56,970 nt of DNA from Paracoccaceae bacterium (GCA_050300875.1 JBNKYL010000089.1:1-56970), one strand, 5' to 3'; counted from the stretch's first letter, positions 16,987 through 26,731 are shown. Numbers and translations are program-made. Notes: generated from the sequence alone by a model not told the origin.

Positions 16987-18435
16987 CTAGTTGTCTTGCT
17001 GGGTGGGTTCGGTATCGGTCGTGACGGTTTCGGGTTCGGTCAGCGCGCCGTTTTGCCATGTGCCGCTGGCTTCCTGGCCGCTTGCATAGCGAATGGTGCC
17101 GAAACCTTCGCGTTTCCCGGCCACGAAACTGCCCTGATAGACATCGCCATTGGCATAAGTGGCCACGCCTTCGCCAGAGATTTCGCCCGATTTCCAGTCG
17201 CCGGAATAGGTGAATCCGTCATTCATGGTAATCGTGCCGGTGCCTTCGCGCTTGCCGTTAATGAAACCGCCGACATAGACCGAACCATCGGCGTAGGTCG
17301 CGCGGCCCTGGCCGTGGCGCTGGCCATCGAGCCATTCACCTTCGTAGCGGTAGCCGTCGGGATAGGTCAGCACGCCTTGCCCATGGTTGCGGGCGTTGTG
17401 AAACTCGCCGTCATAGATCAAGCCGTTGGCATAGGTCGCGATGCCCTTGCCTTCGATCACGCCGGCGGCCCAGTTGCCTTCGTAGGTGTTGCCGTCCGGA
17501 TAGGTGATCTTGCCGATGCCATCTGCCAAATCATTGCGGAACTGGCCGACATAAACGGACCCATCGGGATAGGTGACCTGACCCTGTCCTTCGATCCGGC
17601 CCGCAACCCAGTCGCCGACATATTCGTAACCATCCGTGCCGGTGAATTTGCCCTGTCCGTGGCGCTGGTCATCGACAAAGGCGCCTTCGTAAATGTCGCC
17701 ATTCGCATAGGTGACGCGGCCCTGACCCTGGCGCTGGCCGCCGACCAGTTCGCCTTCGAACACGTCGCCATTGGGTTGGGTCAGCTTGCCGGTGCCGGTG
17801 ATTTCGCCATTGGCCCATTCGCCGGTATAGGTCAGCCCGTCCGGCGTGTTCAGCGTGCCCATGCCATGCCGCAACCCGCCGATCAGCGCGCCCTGGTAGG
17901 TCGATCCATCGGGATAGGTGATGTTGCCCTGACCTTCGCGGACGCCGTCGATCCAGTCGCCTTCGTAGACATAGCCATTGGGGTTTTCCATCCGGCCGGT
18001 GCCGTGATGTTCGGCGTCCTTGAAGCTGCCTTCGTAGACCACGCCATTGGAATAGCGTGCGATGCCGGTGCCGTTGATCGTACCTTCGACCCAGTCGCCT
18101 TCATAGGTGCCGCCATCGGCAAAGGTGATCTTGCCGCGTCCGTGCGGCTTGCCCGCGACAAAGCTGCCTTCGTACACCGAGCCATTGGGGAAGCGCGCCA
18201 CGCCCTGGCCGCGAATCTCGCCATTGACCCAATCACCTGAATATTCATAGCCAGAGGGAAGGCTATAGGTGCCGCGCCCGTGCTGCTTTCCGTCAAGGAA
18301 CGTGCCTTCGTAGACGCCACCGTCTTCGTATTGCTTGGTGATTACCGTCTGGTTGTCCTGTGCGAAAACAGGCGTGGCCAGGGCAAACATGCCCAAAGCA
18401 ACGGTTCCCGCAGCGTGTCTTGCCCAATATCCCAC
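16987..18435 (-). CDS. Secreted MORN-repeat protein
   Basis: It has a GTG start with a GGGGG RBS and a signal peptide ending PVFA-QDN, followed by 18 full and one partial 23-residue YxGxW/F..G..xGxG MORN repeats. Confidence 0.85.
   Translation of the reverse strand: MGYWARHAAGTVALGMFALATPVFAQDNQTVITKQYEDGGVYEGTFLDGKQHGRGTYSLPSGYEYSGDWVNGEIRGQGVARFPNGSVYEGSFVAGKPHGRGKITFADGGTYEGDWVEGTINGTGIARYSNGVVYEGSFKDAEHHGTGRMENPNGYVYEGDWIDGVREGQGNITYPDGSTYQGALIGGLRHGMGTLNTPDGLTYTGEWANGEITGTGKLTQPNGDVFEGELVGGQRQGQGRVTYANGDIYEGAFVDDQRHGQGKFTGTDGYEYVGDWVAGRIEGQGQVTYPDGSVYVGQFRNDLADGIGKITYPDGNTYEGNWAAGVIEGKGIATYANGLIYDGEFHNARNHGQGVLTYPDGYRYEGEWLDGQRHGQGRATYADGSVYVGGFINGKREGTGTITMNDGFTYSGDWKSGEISGEGVATYANGDVYQGSFVAGKREGFGTIRYASGQEASGTWQNGALTEPETVTTDTEPTQQDN
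17071..18312 (-). repeat. Coding tandem array of 18 x 69-nt (23-aa) MORN units
   Basis: I counted the units directly in the translation (aa 42-455). Position 5 alternates F and W, giving a 46-aa super-repeat with one register slip at units 9-10. Confidence 0.85.
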
Positions 18436-18597
18436 GGCTCGCCCCCGTTTTTTGGTCTGCCGCCCCTGCAGGCGGCGGGCAAACCCTAGCGGCAGGTCGG
18501 CGGAGTGACAATTGTTTTCCGTGTGAGCGGCAGGAGAGGTGGGTTTTCACCGCTGGTCAAGCTGGTATGACGGGCAGAACTGGACAGGACCGGCAGA

Positions 18598-20256
18598 ATG
18601 ACGAACCGTTTCCGACTGACACTGGCGCAGCTGAACCCGACCGTGGGCGACATCTCGGGCAATATCGCCAAGGCGCGTGACGCATGGTCGATGGGTGCCG
18701 AGGCCGGGGCAGATTTGGTCGCCCTGCCGGAAATGTTCGCGACAGGCTACCAGTGCCAGGACCTGATCATGCGGCCGCCATTTTATCGCGAGGCGGTGGC
18801 CGCAATCGAGGCTTTGGCGGTCGATTGCGCTGAAGGGCCGGCGCTGGGCATAGGCGGGCCGCAGGCCAAGGAAGGCAAGCTATACAACGCCTATTACATC
18901 CTGTCGGGCGGTCGGGTGCAGACTGTCATTCAGAAATTCCATCTGCCGAATGAGGACGTTTTCGACGAGGTTCGGTTGTTCGAACCGGGGCCGATTCACG
19001 GACCCTATCGCATCGGGCCGCTGCGTATCGGGACACCGATCTGCGAGGATGCCTGGCACACGGACGTGACCGAGGCTCAGGCTGAGAGCGGCGCGCAGGT
19101 CTTGCTGATCCCAAACGGATCGCCCTATCGGCGGGGCAAGCATGCCTTGCGCCAGAACCTGATGGTATCGCGCGTGATCGAAACCGGTCTGCCCCTGATC
19201 TATCTGAACATGACGGGCGGGCAGGATGATCAGGTGTTTGACGGCGCGACATTCGGATTGAATCCGGGCGGCGCGCTGGCCTTTCAGATGCCGCAGTTCC
19301 GGGATGCCGTAACGCATGTGGACCTAGTCGAAACCGATAAGGGCTGGCGCATCGACGAAGGCGAAAAGGCCGATCTGCCAGATGAATGGGAAGCTGACTA
19401 CCATTGCATGGTACAGGCGCTGTCGGACTACTGCGCCAAGACCGGGTTCAAGAAGGTGCTGTTGGGCATGTCGGGTGGCGTGGATTCGGCGCTGGTCGCA
19501 ACCATCGCGGCCGATGCGCTGGGCCCCGACAATGTGCGCTGCGTGATGCTGCCGTCAGAATATACGTCCGAGCACAGTCTGGAAGATGCACGCGCCTGCG
19601 CTGATGCGCTGGGCTGCCGATACGACACCGTGCCGATTGGTCCGGCGCGTGCGGCGGTGACCGAAACCCTGGCCCCTTTCTTCGAAGGGCTTGCACCGGA
19701 CGTGACCGAGGAAAACATCCAGTCGCGTTTGCGCGGCCTGATGTTGATGGCAATGTCGAACAAGTTCGGGTCGATGCTGCTGACCACCGGCAACAAATCC
19801 GAGGTCGCCGTCGGATACGCCACTATCTATGGCGACATGGCGGGTGGCTATAACCCGATCAAGGACTTGTACAAAACCCGGGTTTTTGAAACCTGTCGCT
19901 GGCGCAATGCCAATCATCGCGACTGGATGATGGGGCGCGCGGGCGTGGTGATCCCTGACCGGATCATCACCAAGCCGCCATCGGCGGAGTTGCGCCCGGA
20001 TCAGAAAGACAGTGACAGCCTGCCGCCCTATGACCAGTTGGACGCGGTGCTGGAAGGGTTGATCGACCTGGAAATGTCGGTGGCGGACTTGGTGGCGAAA
20101 GGGCATGATCGCGCATTGGTCCAACGTATTGAGAGGTTAATCTTTCTCAGTGAATACAAGCGTTTTCAATCGGCGCCAGGAGCGCGCCTGACCATTCGCG
20201 CATTCTGGCTGGATCGCAGGTATCCAATCGTGAACCGTTGGCGCGATCGCAGCTAG
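18598..20256 (+). CDS. nadE: Glutamine-dependent NAD+ synthetase
   Basis: The 552-aa product has an N-terminal nitrilase/CN-hydrolase domain plus a C-terminal NAD synthetase domain with the SGGVDS PP-loop. Confidence 0.95.
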   Translation: MTNRFRLTLAQLNPTVGDISGNIAKARDAWSMGAEAGADLVALPEMFATGYQCQDLIMRPPFYREAVAAIEALAVDCAEGPALGIGGPQAKEGKLYNAYYILSGGRVQTVIQKFHLPNEDVFDEVRLFEPGPIHGPYRIGPLRIGTPICEDAWHTDVTEAQAESGAQVLLIPNGSPYRRGKHALRQNLMVSRVIETGLPLIYLNMTGGQDDQVFDGATFGLNPGGALAFQMPQFRDAVTHVDLVETDKGWRIDEGEKADLPDEWEADYHCMVQALSDYCAKTGFKKVLLGMSGGVDSALVATIAADALGPDNVRCVMLPSEYTSEHSLEDARACADALGCRYDTVPIGPARAAVTETLAPFFEGLAPDVTEENIQSRLRGLMLMAMSNKFGSMLLTTGNKSEVAVGYATIYGDMAGGYNPIKDLYKTRVFETCRWRNANHRDWMMGRAGVVIPDRIITKPPSAELRPDQKDSDSLPPYDQLDAVLEGLIDLEMSVADLVAKGHDRALVQRIERLIFLSEYKRFQSAPGARLTIRAFWLDRRYPIVNRWRDRS

Positions 20257-20383
20257 CTATCAGGCAAGGCACCAAATGGTCGCCGACTTTCGATGCGCGG
20301 GCGAGGGCGCGACGCGCGTACCGTCGGCCTGCATCCTCAGAACATCGCTTTCCCCTTCTCCTCTTGCAGGTTATTTATCCGCC

Positions 20384-21064
20384 ATGACTTGGACATTGCC
20401 CAATATCCTGACTGTCCTGCGCCTACTGGCGGCGCCTGGGGTTGCGATCATGTTTCTGTATTTCAGTCGGCCCTTTGCGGATTGGTTTGCGCTGATCCTG
20501 TTTCTGGGTGCTGCGATAACCGATTGGTTCGACGGCTATCTGGCACGGGCATGGAAACAGGAAAGCAAGTTCGGTGCGATGCTGGACCCGATTGCCGACA
20601 AGGGCATGGTTGTGATCGCACTGATGGTCATCGTGGGCTATTCCAGCGAAAGCTGGACGCCCTGGTTGGTGCTGCCTGCGACGTTCATTCTGTTCCGCGA
20701 GGTGTTCGTATCGGGCCTGCGCGAGTTTCTGGGTGCTGACGCGGGTCGGCTGAGAGTTACGAAGCTGGCCAAATGGAAGACGACAACACAGATGGTCGCC
20801 GTGGCGGTTCTGTTCGCCAAGGGTATTTTCGAACATCACATCGTGATGAATACCCAAGGCATGGACGGAGCTTTCATCGCTGACATCCTGGCGGGGCGAG
20901 AAGAGGATCTGTTCGGTCTGAAGAGCCTGATGCAAGGGTGGATCTGGACCGGACGGGTGGGGCTGTGGCTGTTGTGGCTGGCGGCCATTTTGACACTCGT
21001 CACCGGATGGGACTATTTCCGCAAATCCCTGCCTTACCTTCGTGAAGAAGGGGACACCCGATGA
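20384..21064 (+). CDS. pgsA: CDP-diacylglycerol--glycerol-3-phosphate 3-phosphatidyltransferase
   Basis: It has the CDP-alcohol phosphatidyltransferase motif (DWFDGYLAR...GAMLDPIADK). The N-terminus MTWTLPNILTVLRL is collinear with PgsA. ATG at 20384. Confidence 0.85.
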   Translation: MTWTLPNILTVLRLLAAPGVAIMFLYFSRPFADWFALILFLGAAITDWFDGYLARAWKQESKFGAMLDPIADKGMVVIALMVIVGYSSESWTPWLVLPATFILFREVFVSGLREFLGADAGRLRVTKLAKWKTTTQMVAVAVLFAKGIFEHHIVMNTQGMDGAFIADILAGREEDLFGLKSLMQGWIWTGRVGLWLLWLAAILTLVTGWDYFRKSLPYLREEGDTR

Positions 21065-21306
21065 AGGTTCTGTATTTCGCATGGCTGCGCGAACGCATCG
21101 GTTTGCCGGGGGAAGACGTCGAAACCTCAGCCGAAACAGTGCGGGACCTGGTCGAAGAGCTGCGCAGTCGCGAAGAACGCTATGCTTTGGCATTTTCTGA
21201 CCTGTCGGCGGTACGTGTTGCGGTCGATCAGGACCTTGCCGATTTCGATGCCCCCTTGGCGGGCGTGCGCGAAGTGGCGTTCTTTCCGCCAATGACCGGT
21301 GGCTGA
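21061..21306 (+). CDS. moaD: Molybdopterin synthase sulfur-carrier subunit
   Basis: The 81-aa product ends in the diagnostic Gly-Gly (PPMTGG). It has an ATGA overlap with pgsA and is followed by moaE. Confidence 0.85.
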   Translation: MKVLYFAWLRERIGLPGEDVETSAETVRDLVEELRSREERYALAFSDLSAVRVAVDQDLADFDAPLAGVREVAFFPPMTGG

Positions 21307-21307
21307 T

Positions 21308-21793
21308 ATGGCCGTCATTGTGCAGCAGGCCGCGTTTGACCCAGGCGCGGAACTCAACCGGTTCGGGATGGTCGCTGGTGCCGGGGCAATTGTGAGCTTT
21401 ACCGGTATCGTGCGTGCCGATAATGGCGTGACGGCCATGGAAATCGAACACTACCCGGCGATGACGGAACGCGCGATCGGCCAGATCATCGAAATCGCGA
21501 CGTCACGCTGGGATTTGTTGGACTGCCTTGTCATCCATCGTTTCGGCCGGCTGGAAGCCGGTGAAAACATCATGATGGTCGCAACGGCCGCCAGTCATCG
21601 CGCAGGGGCCTTTGCCGCAGCGGATTTCCTGATGGATTACCTTAAGTCGCGCGCGCCGTTCTGGAAGAAGGAATATCGCGCCGATGGCACTTCCTGGGTC
21701 GAAGCGCGCGACGCAGACGAAGCGGCGCTTGGACGTTGGGACCAGGGCGCGGTCACAGGATCAGGCGATACCGCAGAAAGCCGTCGTTCGTGA
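21308..21793 (+). CDS. moaE: Molybdopterin synthase catalytic subunit
   Basis: HYPAMTE, SHRAGAFAAADFLMDYLKSRAPFWKKE and WVEARDADEAALGRW are collinear with E. coli MoaE. There is a 17-aa non-conserved C-terminal extension. Confidence 0.85.
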   Translation: MAVIVQQAAFDPGAELNRFGMVAGAGAIVSFTGIVRADNGVTAMEIEHYPAMTERAIGQIIEIATSRWDLLDCLVIHRFGRLEAGENIMMVATAASHRAGAFAAADFLMDYLKSRAPFWKKEYRADGTSWVEARDADEAALGRWDQGAVTGSGDTAESRRS

Positions 21794-23543
21794 TCCCGAT
21801 GGCACGCGGGTTCAAGTGCCGTATTTCATCTTCAAAAGGTCGGGCACCGGGCGCCGTGTCATACCACACCCGCGTGCCATCGAGTGGTTGGAACCCCCAT
21901 CTTGATCCTGCCATACCCGGTTCGCCGGAGGGGCGATTTTCCAAGTAACTGGACAGGACGTCGGACATGCGCGGGCGGACCAGGTCCGCGTCCAACAGGT
22001 CCGGCCAGCGACCAAGCAACTGCGCCAGCCGCGCAACCTGGTAATCGTTGGTCAGCACAACAAAACGGTCTGTTGGGTCGATGGCGCGCCCATCGTGGTG
22101 GATCGTGCCAATGCGCAGGCCCGAGTTTGCCGGCGCAGACAGATCAAGGTCATAGTCCAGCCCAGAGATGTCGACAAATCGGTAGCTGGGAAGTTCCGGG
22201 TCCAGCAATGGTTGAAGTTCGGTCTGGGTTCGGTCGATCTGCGCAAACTTGCCGCTGGCGTTTTCAAGCCAAAGGGCGATTTGCGCGCCGGTCAGCACGA
22301 CGGGGACCAACAGGTTTGGAAACGGGCTGAACCGCCAAAGATCAGCGCGGCGCACCGGCCCCGCAGGGACATAGCAGTAATTGTGCGGCCCGTTGGAGCC
22401 GCCAGCAAGATACGGCGTATCGGCAGACAGGATGGGCAGGACGATTTCCGGCAATACTTGCCGCGCCCAATGGAATTTCGCCGCGGCCACAAAACGGATC
22501 GCTGGTGACGGGCCGAGATGCGAAAAATAGTCGTGAAGCGCGCTGAGACTGCTGCCAATCTGGGTGGCGAGCCCTGCCTTTGCCGCGGCGCGGGCTGGGG
22601 CCAGCAAGGCTTTGGTCGGGCAATCTTCGTCGATGCTTGCAGTTGGGCACAGCGCGACATTGGATTGTGTGACCCGCCAACCAGACCCTTGATCGGTCAA
22701 CCTTAGGTCGATGATACCGATATGGCCCGCATGACTACCGGGCAGCACGGTCGGCGTGTTTGAAACAAGGCCTGAAGTGGCGTCGGAGCTTTCGCCCGGG
22801 GTCCGACGCGGCGCCGGGAAAAGTTGATGCGTGTGACCGAGGATCAGCGTGTCGAACTGGCCAGATTCGGCAATGTCCTGGATTTGGGCCGGGATTGCCC
22901 CATCTGGCGCCAATCCGATGTGGCAAAGGCCGATTACTACGTCAGCGCCGTCCTGTCGCAGTTTCTGAGCCTGTTCAATTGCGGTCTGCGCGAATTCCGT
23001 TTCGCGCGAGTCCAATGGGAATCGGGCCCAGTTGTCGGCAACCGTGCCAGGGGCCGTCAGTCCCGTGACGCCTATGGCAAGGCTGATCTTGCACCCCGTA
23101 CGTGTGGTCACGTCGCGGTGAATGATTTGGCGTTTTCGGAAGCGAACGCGGCGGTCGCCCAAGTCGACATTTGCGCAGAAGATCGGAAAATTCGCCCCGG
23201 TTAGGGCGCGGTCCAACATGTCCAACCCAAAATCGAAATCATGGTTCCCGAGCGCCGCGCCGTCATACCCGAGTGCGTTCATGGCTTGATATATCGGATG
23301 TGTGCCGCCCGGCCAGTCCACGCTTGGACATGCGAAATGATCCGCGTCAGCCCCGCCCTGCAAAGTGTCACCGTTGTCGAACAACAGCGTGTTGGGATGG
23401 CCGCACCGCGTCTGGCGAACCGCTCCGGCGATGCGGGTCATGCCCGGACGGTCCTGACCGCCAAGCTGCATGTGCAGATCGGTCGTGGCGATGATGCGCA
23501 GATCGATTTCGGCAATATCGTTCGTCGGCGTTTGGTTTCGCAA
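21753..23543 (-). CDS. Bifunctional metallophosphatase / 5'-nucleotidase family protein (CpdB/UshA-like) with no signal peptide
   Basis: It has the calcineurin-like motifs (TTDLH, GDTLQGG, GNHDFDFG, LGHTH) plus a C-terminal nucleotidase domain. The N-terminus MRNQTPTNDIAEIDLRII has no hydrophobic leader. Confidence 0.8.
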   Translation of the reverse strand: MRNQTPTNDIAEIDLRIIATTDLHMQLGGQDRPGMTRIAGAVRQTRCGHPNTLLFDNGDTLQGGADADHFACPSVDWPGGTHPIYQAMNALGYDGAALGNHDFDFGLDMLDRALTGANFPIFCANVDLGDRRVRFRKRQIIHRDVTTRTGCKISLAIGVTGLTAPGTVADNWARFPLDSRETEFAQTAIEQAQKLRQDGADVVIGLCHIGLAPDGAIPAQIQDIAESGQFDTLILGHTHQLFPAPRRTPGESSDATSGLVSNTPTVLPGSHAGHIGIIDLRLTDQGSGWRVTQSNVALCPTASIDEDCPTKALLAPARAAAKAGLATQIGSSLSALHDYFSHLGPSPAIRFVAAAKFHWARQVLPEIVLPILSADTPYLAGGSNGPHNYCYVPAGPVRRADLWRFSPFPNLLVPVVLTGAQIALWLENASGKFAQIDRTQTELQPLLDPELPSYRFVDISGLDYDLDLSAPANSGLRIGTIHHDGRAIDPTDRFVVLTNDYQVARLAQLLGRWPDLLDADLVRPRMSDVLSSYLENRPSGEPGMAGSRWGFQPLDGTRVWYDTAPGARPFEDEIRHLNPRAIGITNDGFLRYRLIL

Positions 23544-23696
23544 TCAGGAAATCCGGACTCGTTTGGGGTCACACGGACAGGTTTGCGCAATGCGTTGAAC
23601 AATGCAACCACAGGTTGATGAATGGCGCAAATGCCGGGTTGAGCTTGGTGCAAGCGCATGGAAATCTGCCACATAGCTGGCGAATGGGAGCGGAAT

Positions 23697-24668
23697 GTGA
23701 AGATTGCAGAAACAGTTACCTTCGGCGGCGGCGGCCGGCTTGACCGTGCAGCGCACCTGCGCGGGCCGGAAGACCAGGCACGACTGGTCGCGGCGGACGT
23801 TGCGCGGGTCATCGCCATCTGGCGCGGCAAGCCGTTGATGGACCTTGCGGATGAGGATGCGCCCCGTCTTGCACGGTTGCCGGTCGGTCACACGGTGGTC
23901 AAAAGGCATGGCGACGGACTTGTCTTCCTCGGTTTGGACGATGGTGTGCCGGTCTTCGGGGCGGACCTGTCGGGTTGGGAACCGTCGGACTTACCCGAAA
24001 GCCTGGGGGCGTTTCTGGACCCGTCCCAGCAAATGCACCCCGACTTGCCGCATGAAATGCGGTTCGCGGAATTGCGAGCACATATGGCGATGTTGGGCGA
24101 TGCCGATGCCGAGTTGGCCGTGGCTGCCAAGTCGATCCTGTCCTGGCATGAAACGCATCCGTTCTGTTCGCGCTGCGGCGCACCGAGTGCCATTTCCCAG
24201 GCTGGGTGGCAGCGTAACTGCACGACCTGTAATGCCAGCCACTTCCCGCGCACTGACCCGGTCGTGATCATGCTGATCACGCATGGCAATGACCTGTTGT
24301 TGGGACGGTCGCCGGGCTGGCCCGACGGCATGTATTCGTTGTTGGCAGGGTTCATGGAACCCGGCGAAACCATCGAGGCCGCCGTGCGCCGCGAGGTCGC
24401 CGAGGAAACCAGCGTGAAGGTCGGGCCGGTGCGATATCTGGCATCGCAGCCCTGGCCGTTTCCGTCATCCCTGATGATCGGCTGTTCGGGCGAAGCTTTG
24501 GGCCGCGAGATCACGCTGGACCCGAAAGAGCTGGAAGACGCGATCTGGGTCAGCCGGTCGGAACTGGCGGATGTCTTTGCCGGTCATCCCGGGCGGATCA
24601 AAGCCGGGCGCAAAGGGGCCATCGCCCGGTTTCTGATGGAAAATTGGCTGGCGGACCGGCTTGAATAA
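23697..24668 (+). CDS. nudC: NAD+ diphosphatase (NADH pyrophosphatase), Nudix family
   Basis: It has a zinc ribbon (CSRCGAPS...CTTCNASHFPRTDP) and a Nudix box (GFMEPGETIEAAVRREVAEETSV). I chose GTG at 23697 (KIAETVTFGG) over the upstream ATG at 23658. Confidence 0.85.
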   Translation: MKIAETVTFGGGGRLDRAAHLRGPEDQARLVAADVARVIAIWRGKPLMDLADEDAPRLARLPVGHTVVKRHGDGLVFLGLDDGVPVFGADLSGWEPSDLPESLGAFLDPSQQMHPDLPHEMRFAELRAHMAMLGDADAELAVAAKSILSWHETHPFCSRCGAPSAISQAGWQRNCTTCNASHFPRTDPVVIMLITHGNDLLLGRSPGWPDGMYSLLAGFMEPGETIEAAVRREVAEETSVKVGPVRYLASQPWPFPSSLMIGCSGEALGREITLDPKELEDAIWVSRSELADVFAGHPGRIKAGRKGAIARFLMENWLADRLE

Positions 24669-24697
24669 GACACGGTCACGCAGGTAAAGCCGAACCT

Positions 24698-25183
24698 ATG
24701 AAGTTTTCGAAGCGCCAGGACATCGATGCCCCCGTGGATGCGGTATTCGCCGCTGCCAGCGATTTTGCGCGGTTCGAACGCCAGGCGCGGCGGCGTGGCG
24801 CAGCGGTTCAGCGTGCAGACCAGCAGCAAGTGATCGCGCCGGGCCTGCGTTGGCTGGTCGAATTTCCCTATCGAAAAAAACAACGCCGGGTGCGCGCCGA
24901 ACTTGTGGGCCTTTCGCCGACGGACCTGGTGGAATTGCACGCCGTATCGGGCGGGGTCGAAGCAGGGTTCAAGATCGAATTCTTCGCCCTTTCGCAGAAG
25001 CGAACGCGCATGAAGGTGGGGCTGGAACTGCGGGCCAAGAATTTGCAGGCAAGGTTGCTGATCCAGTCGCTGAAACTGACCAAGTCGCGCCTTGATGTGC
25101 GATTTGCCGATCGGGTCGGTCGTTTTGCACGCGAAGTGGAAATTTCCTATGACCCCAGCCGGGCGCTGGGGCCGCATGTCTGA
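24698..25183 (+). CDS. SRPBCC-superfamily protein (polyketide cyclase/START-like)
   Basis: The 161-aa product has an N-terminus (SKRQDIDAPVDAVFAAASDFARFE) typical of SRPBCC ligand-binding proteins. The assignment is by eye only. Confidence 0.55.
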   Translation: MKFSKRQDIDAPVDAVFAAASDFARFERQARRRGAAVQRADQQQVIAPGLRWLVEFPYRKKQRRVRAELVGLSPTDLVELHAVSGGVEAGFKIEFFALSQKRTRMKVGLELRAKNLQARLLIQSLKLTKSRLDVRFADRVGRFAREVEISYDPSRALGPHV

Positions 25184-25201
25184 CGCCAGCAAGCGTTTGC
25201 G

Positions 25202-26035
25202 CTAGTGGCGCTTGTGATCCGCAGGATAGACGCCGAGCAACGAAAATTTTGATGTGAAATAGTCGAGCTCTTCAAACGCCAGTTTCACGTTGCGGTCATC
25301 CGGGTGGCCCTCGATGTCCGCATAGAATTGCGTCGCGGTAAAAGACCCGTCGACCATGTAGCTTTCAAGCTTGGTCATGTTGACGCCATTGGTGGCAAAC
25401 CCGCCCATGGCTTTGTACAGAGCGGCGGGAATGTTGCGGACGCGGAACACGAAGCTGGTGATCATCCCATGTTCGCCGCGCTTGGTGTAATTCGGTTCAC
25501 GGCCCATTAGCAGGAACCGCGTGGTGTTGTGATCGTGGTCCTCGATATGGCGGGCCAGGATGTCTAGCCCGTAGATATCCGCCGCCAGGTCCGACGCCAG
25601 CGCACCGATGTTGCGGTGGCCTTCGCGGGCCAGATCGGCAGCTGCACCGGCGCTATCGGCTGCGGCTTCGCCGCGAATGCCGTTCTGTGACAGGAAAGCC
25701 TTGCATTGCGGCAGCAGGACCAGATGCGCGCGCACGGTGTCGATGTCGGAAAGTTGTACCCCGGGCAGCGCCATCAGGCTGATATGCACGCGGACGAATG
25801 CCTCGTCGACGATGTGCAGACCCGATTCGGGTAACATTCGGTGGATGTCGGCCACACGCCCGTAAGTGGTGTTTTCGACGGGCAGCATCGCCAGGTCCGC
25901 GTCGCCGCGCCGTACGGATTCGATAACCTCTTCGAAAGTCGCGCACGCCAGAGGCTCGAAGTCGGGGCGGGCGGTGCGGCAGGCTTCGTGTGAATATGCG
26001 CCGGGTTCCCCCTGAAAGGCGATTTTCTTGGTCAT
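25202..26035 (-). CDS. pheA: Prephenate dehydratase
   Basis: It has a PDT domain (IAFQGEPGAYSHEA...ENTTYGRV) and an ACT domain with the TRF and ESRP-like region (NTTRFLLMG, ITSFVFRVRNIPAALYKAMG). Confidence 0.9.
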   Translation of the reverse strand: MTKKIAFQGEPGAYSHEACRTARPDFEPLACATFEEVIESVRRGDADLAMLPVENTTYGRVADIHRMLPESGLHIVDEAFVRVHISLMALPGVQLSDIDTVRAHLVLLPQCKAFLSQNGIRGEAAADSAGAAADLAREGHRNIGALASDLAADIYGLDILARHIEDHDHNTTRFLLMGREPNYTKRGEHGMITSFVFRVRNIPAALYKAMGGFATNGVNMTKLESYMVDGSFTATQFYADIEGHPDDRNVKLAFEELDYFTSKFSLLGVYPADHKRH

Positions 26036-26152
26036 TGCGTGTATTCCAGGCAGCGGCCCGGTTTCGGGCGATTGGTCGCGCCTCTTACACCTTGAAAATC
26101 CGTGCGTGAAGCGGATAGAAGGCTGCGAAACGGATCAAGGGTAGAACGCGAC

Positions 26153-26677
26153 ATGTTCGACACAATGACAATGACCAAGATCATCGGCGGCCTTTGCGGG
26201 ACGTTCCTGGTCTTTTTGCTGGGCAACTGGGTGGCTGAATCGATTTACCATGTCGGCTCGGACGGGCATGGCGAAGAACATGCGATGGCCTATCCGATCG
26301 AAGCCGAAGGCGGCCATTCCGCCGAGGCGGAGCCGGAAATGGAAATCGACTTTGGCGCATTGCTGGCTGCGGCGGATGCGGGCAAGGGCGAAAAGGTCTT
26401 TGGCAAGTGCAAGGCATGCCATAAGCTGGAAGCGGGCGCCAACGGCACCGGTCCGACACTGTTCGGCGTGGTTGACCGGCCAGTGGGATCTGTCGGTGGC
26501 TTCAGCTATTCCGCCGCAATCGCGGGCCTGGGTGGTAACTGGACACCTGACGCGCTGAACGGCTTCCTGGAAAATCCCAAGAGCTATGCAAATGGCACGA
26601 AAATGTCGTTCAACGGGCTGCCGAAGCCGGAAGATCGCGCAAACCTGATTGCCTATCTTTCGACCATCGGCGGGTAA
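26153..26677 (+). CDS. Membrane-anchored c-type cytochrome (cytochrome c552 / c_y type)
   Basis: It has an N-terminal TM anchor ([18 protein letters not shown]), an acidic/Ala-rich linker, and a class I cytochrome c domain with a CKACH heme site and a distal Met (GTKMSF). Confidence 0.85.
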   Translation: MFDTMTMTKIIGGLCGTFLVFLLGNWVAESIYHVGSDGHGEEHAMAYPIEAEGGHSAEAEPEMEIDFGALLAAADAGKGEKVFGKCKACHKLEAGANGTGPTLFGVVDRPVGSVGGFSYSAAIAGLGGNWTPDALNGFLENPKSYANGTKMSFNGLPKPEDRANLIAYLSTIGG

Positions 26678-26699
26678 TCCAGTCAAAACTTCGAATGCC

Positions 26700-26731
26700 A
26701 AGGCCGCCCGGGTGGGCGGCCTTTTCTTTTT
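26700..26731 (+). terminator. Rho-independent terminator after the cytochrome c gene
   Basis: A perfect 10-bp stem pairs AAGGCCGCCC with GGGCGGCCTT around a GGGT loop, followed by TTCTTTTT. Confidence 0.8.

Noticed and set aside
16543-18240. 565-aa plus-strand ORF with a striking AIGIG/DxxAF periodicity
   Set aside because: It is the antisense of the MORN repeat array. The periodic GC-rich repeat codons keep the opposite frame open. The MORN frame has a signal peptide, an RBS and a recognisable repeat consensus, whereas this one has none.
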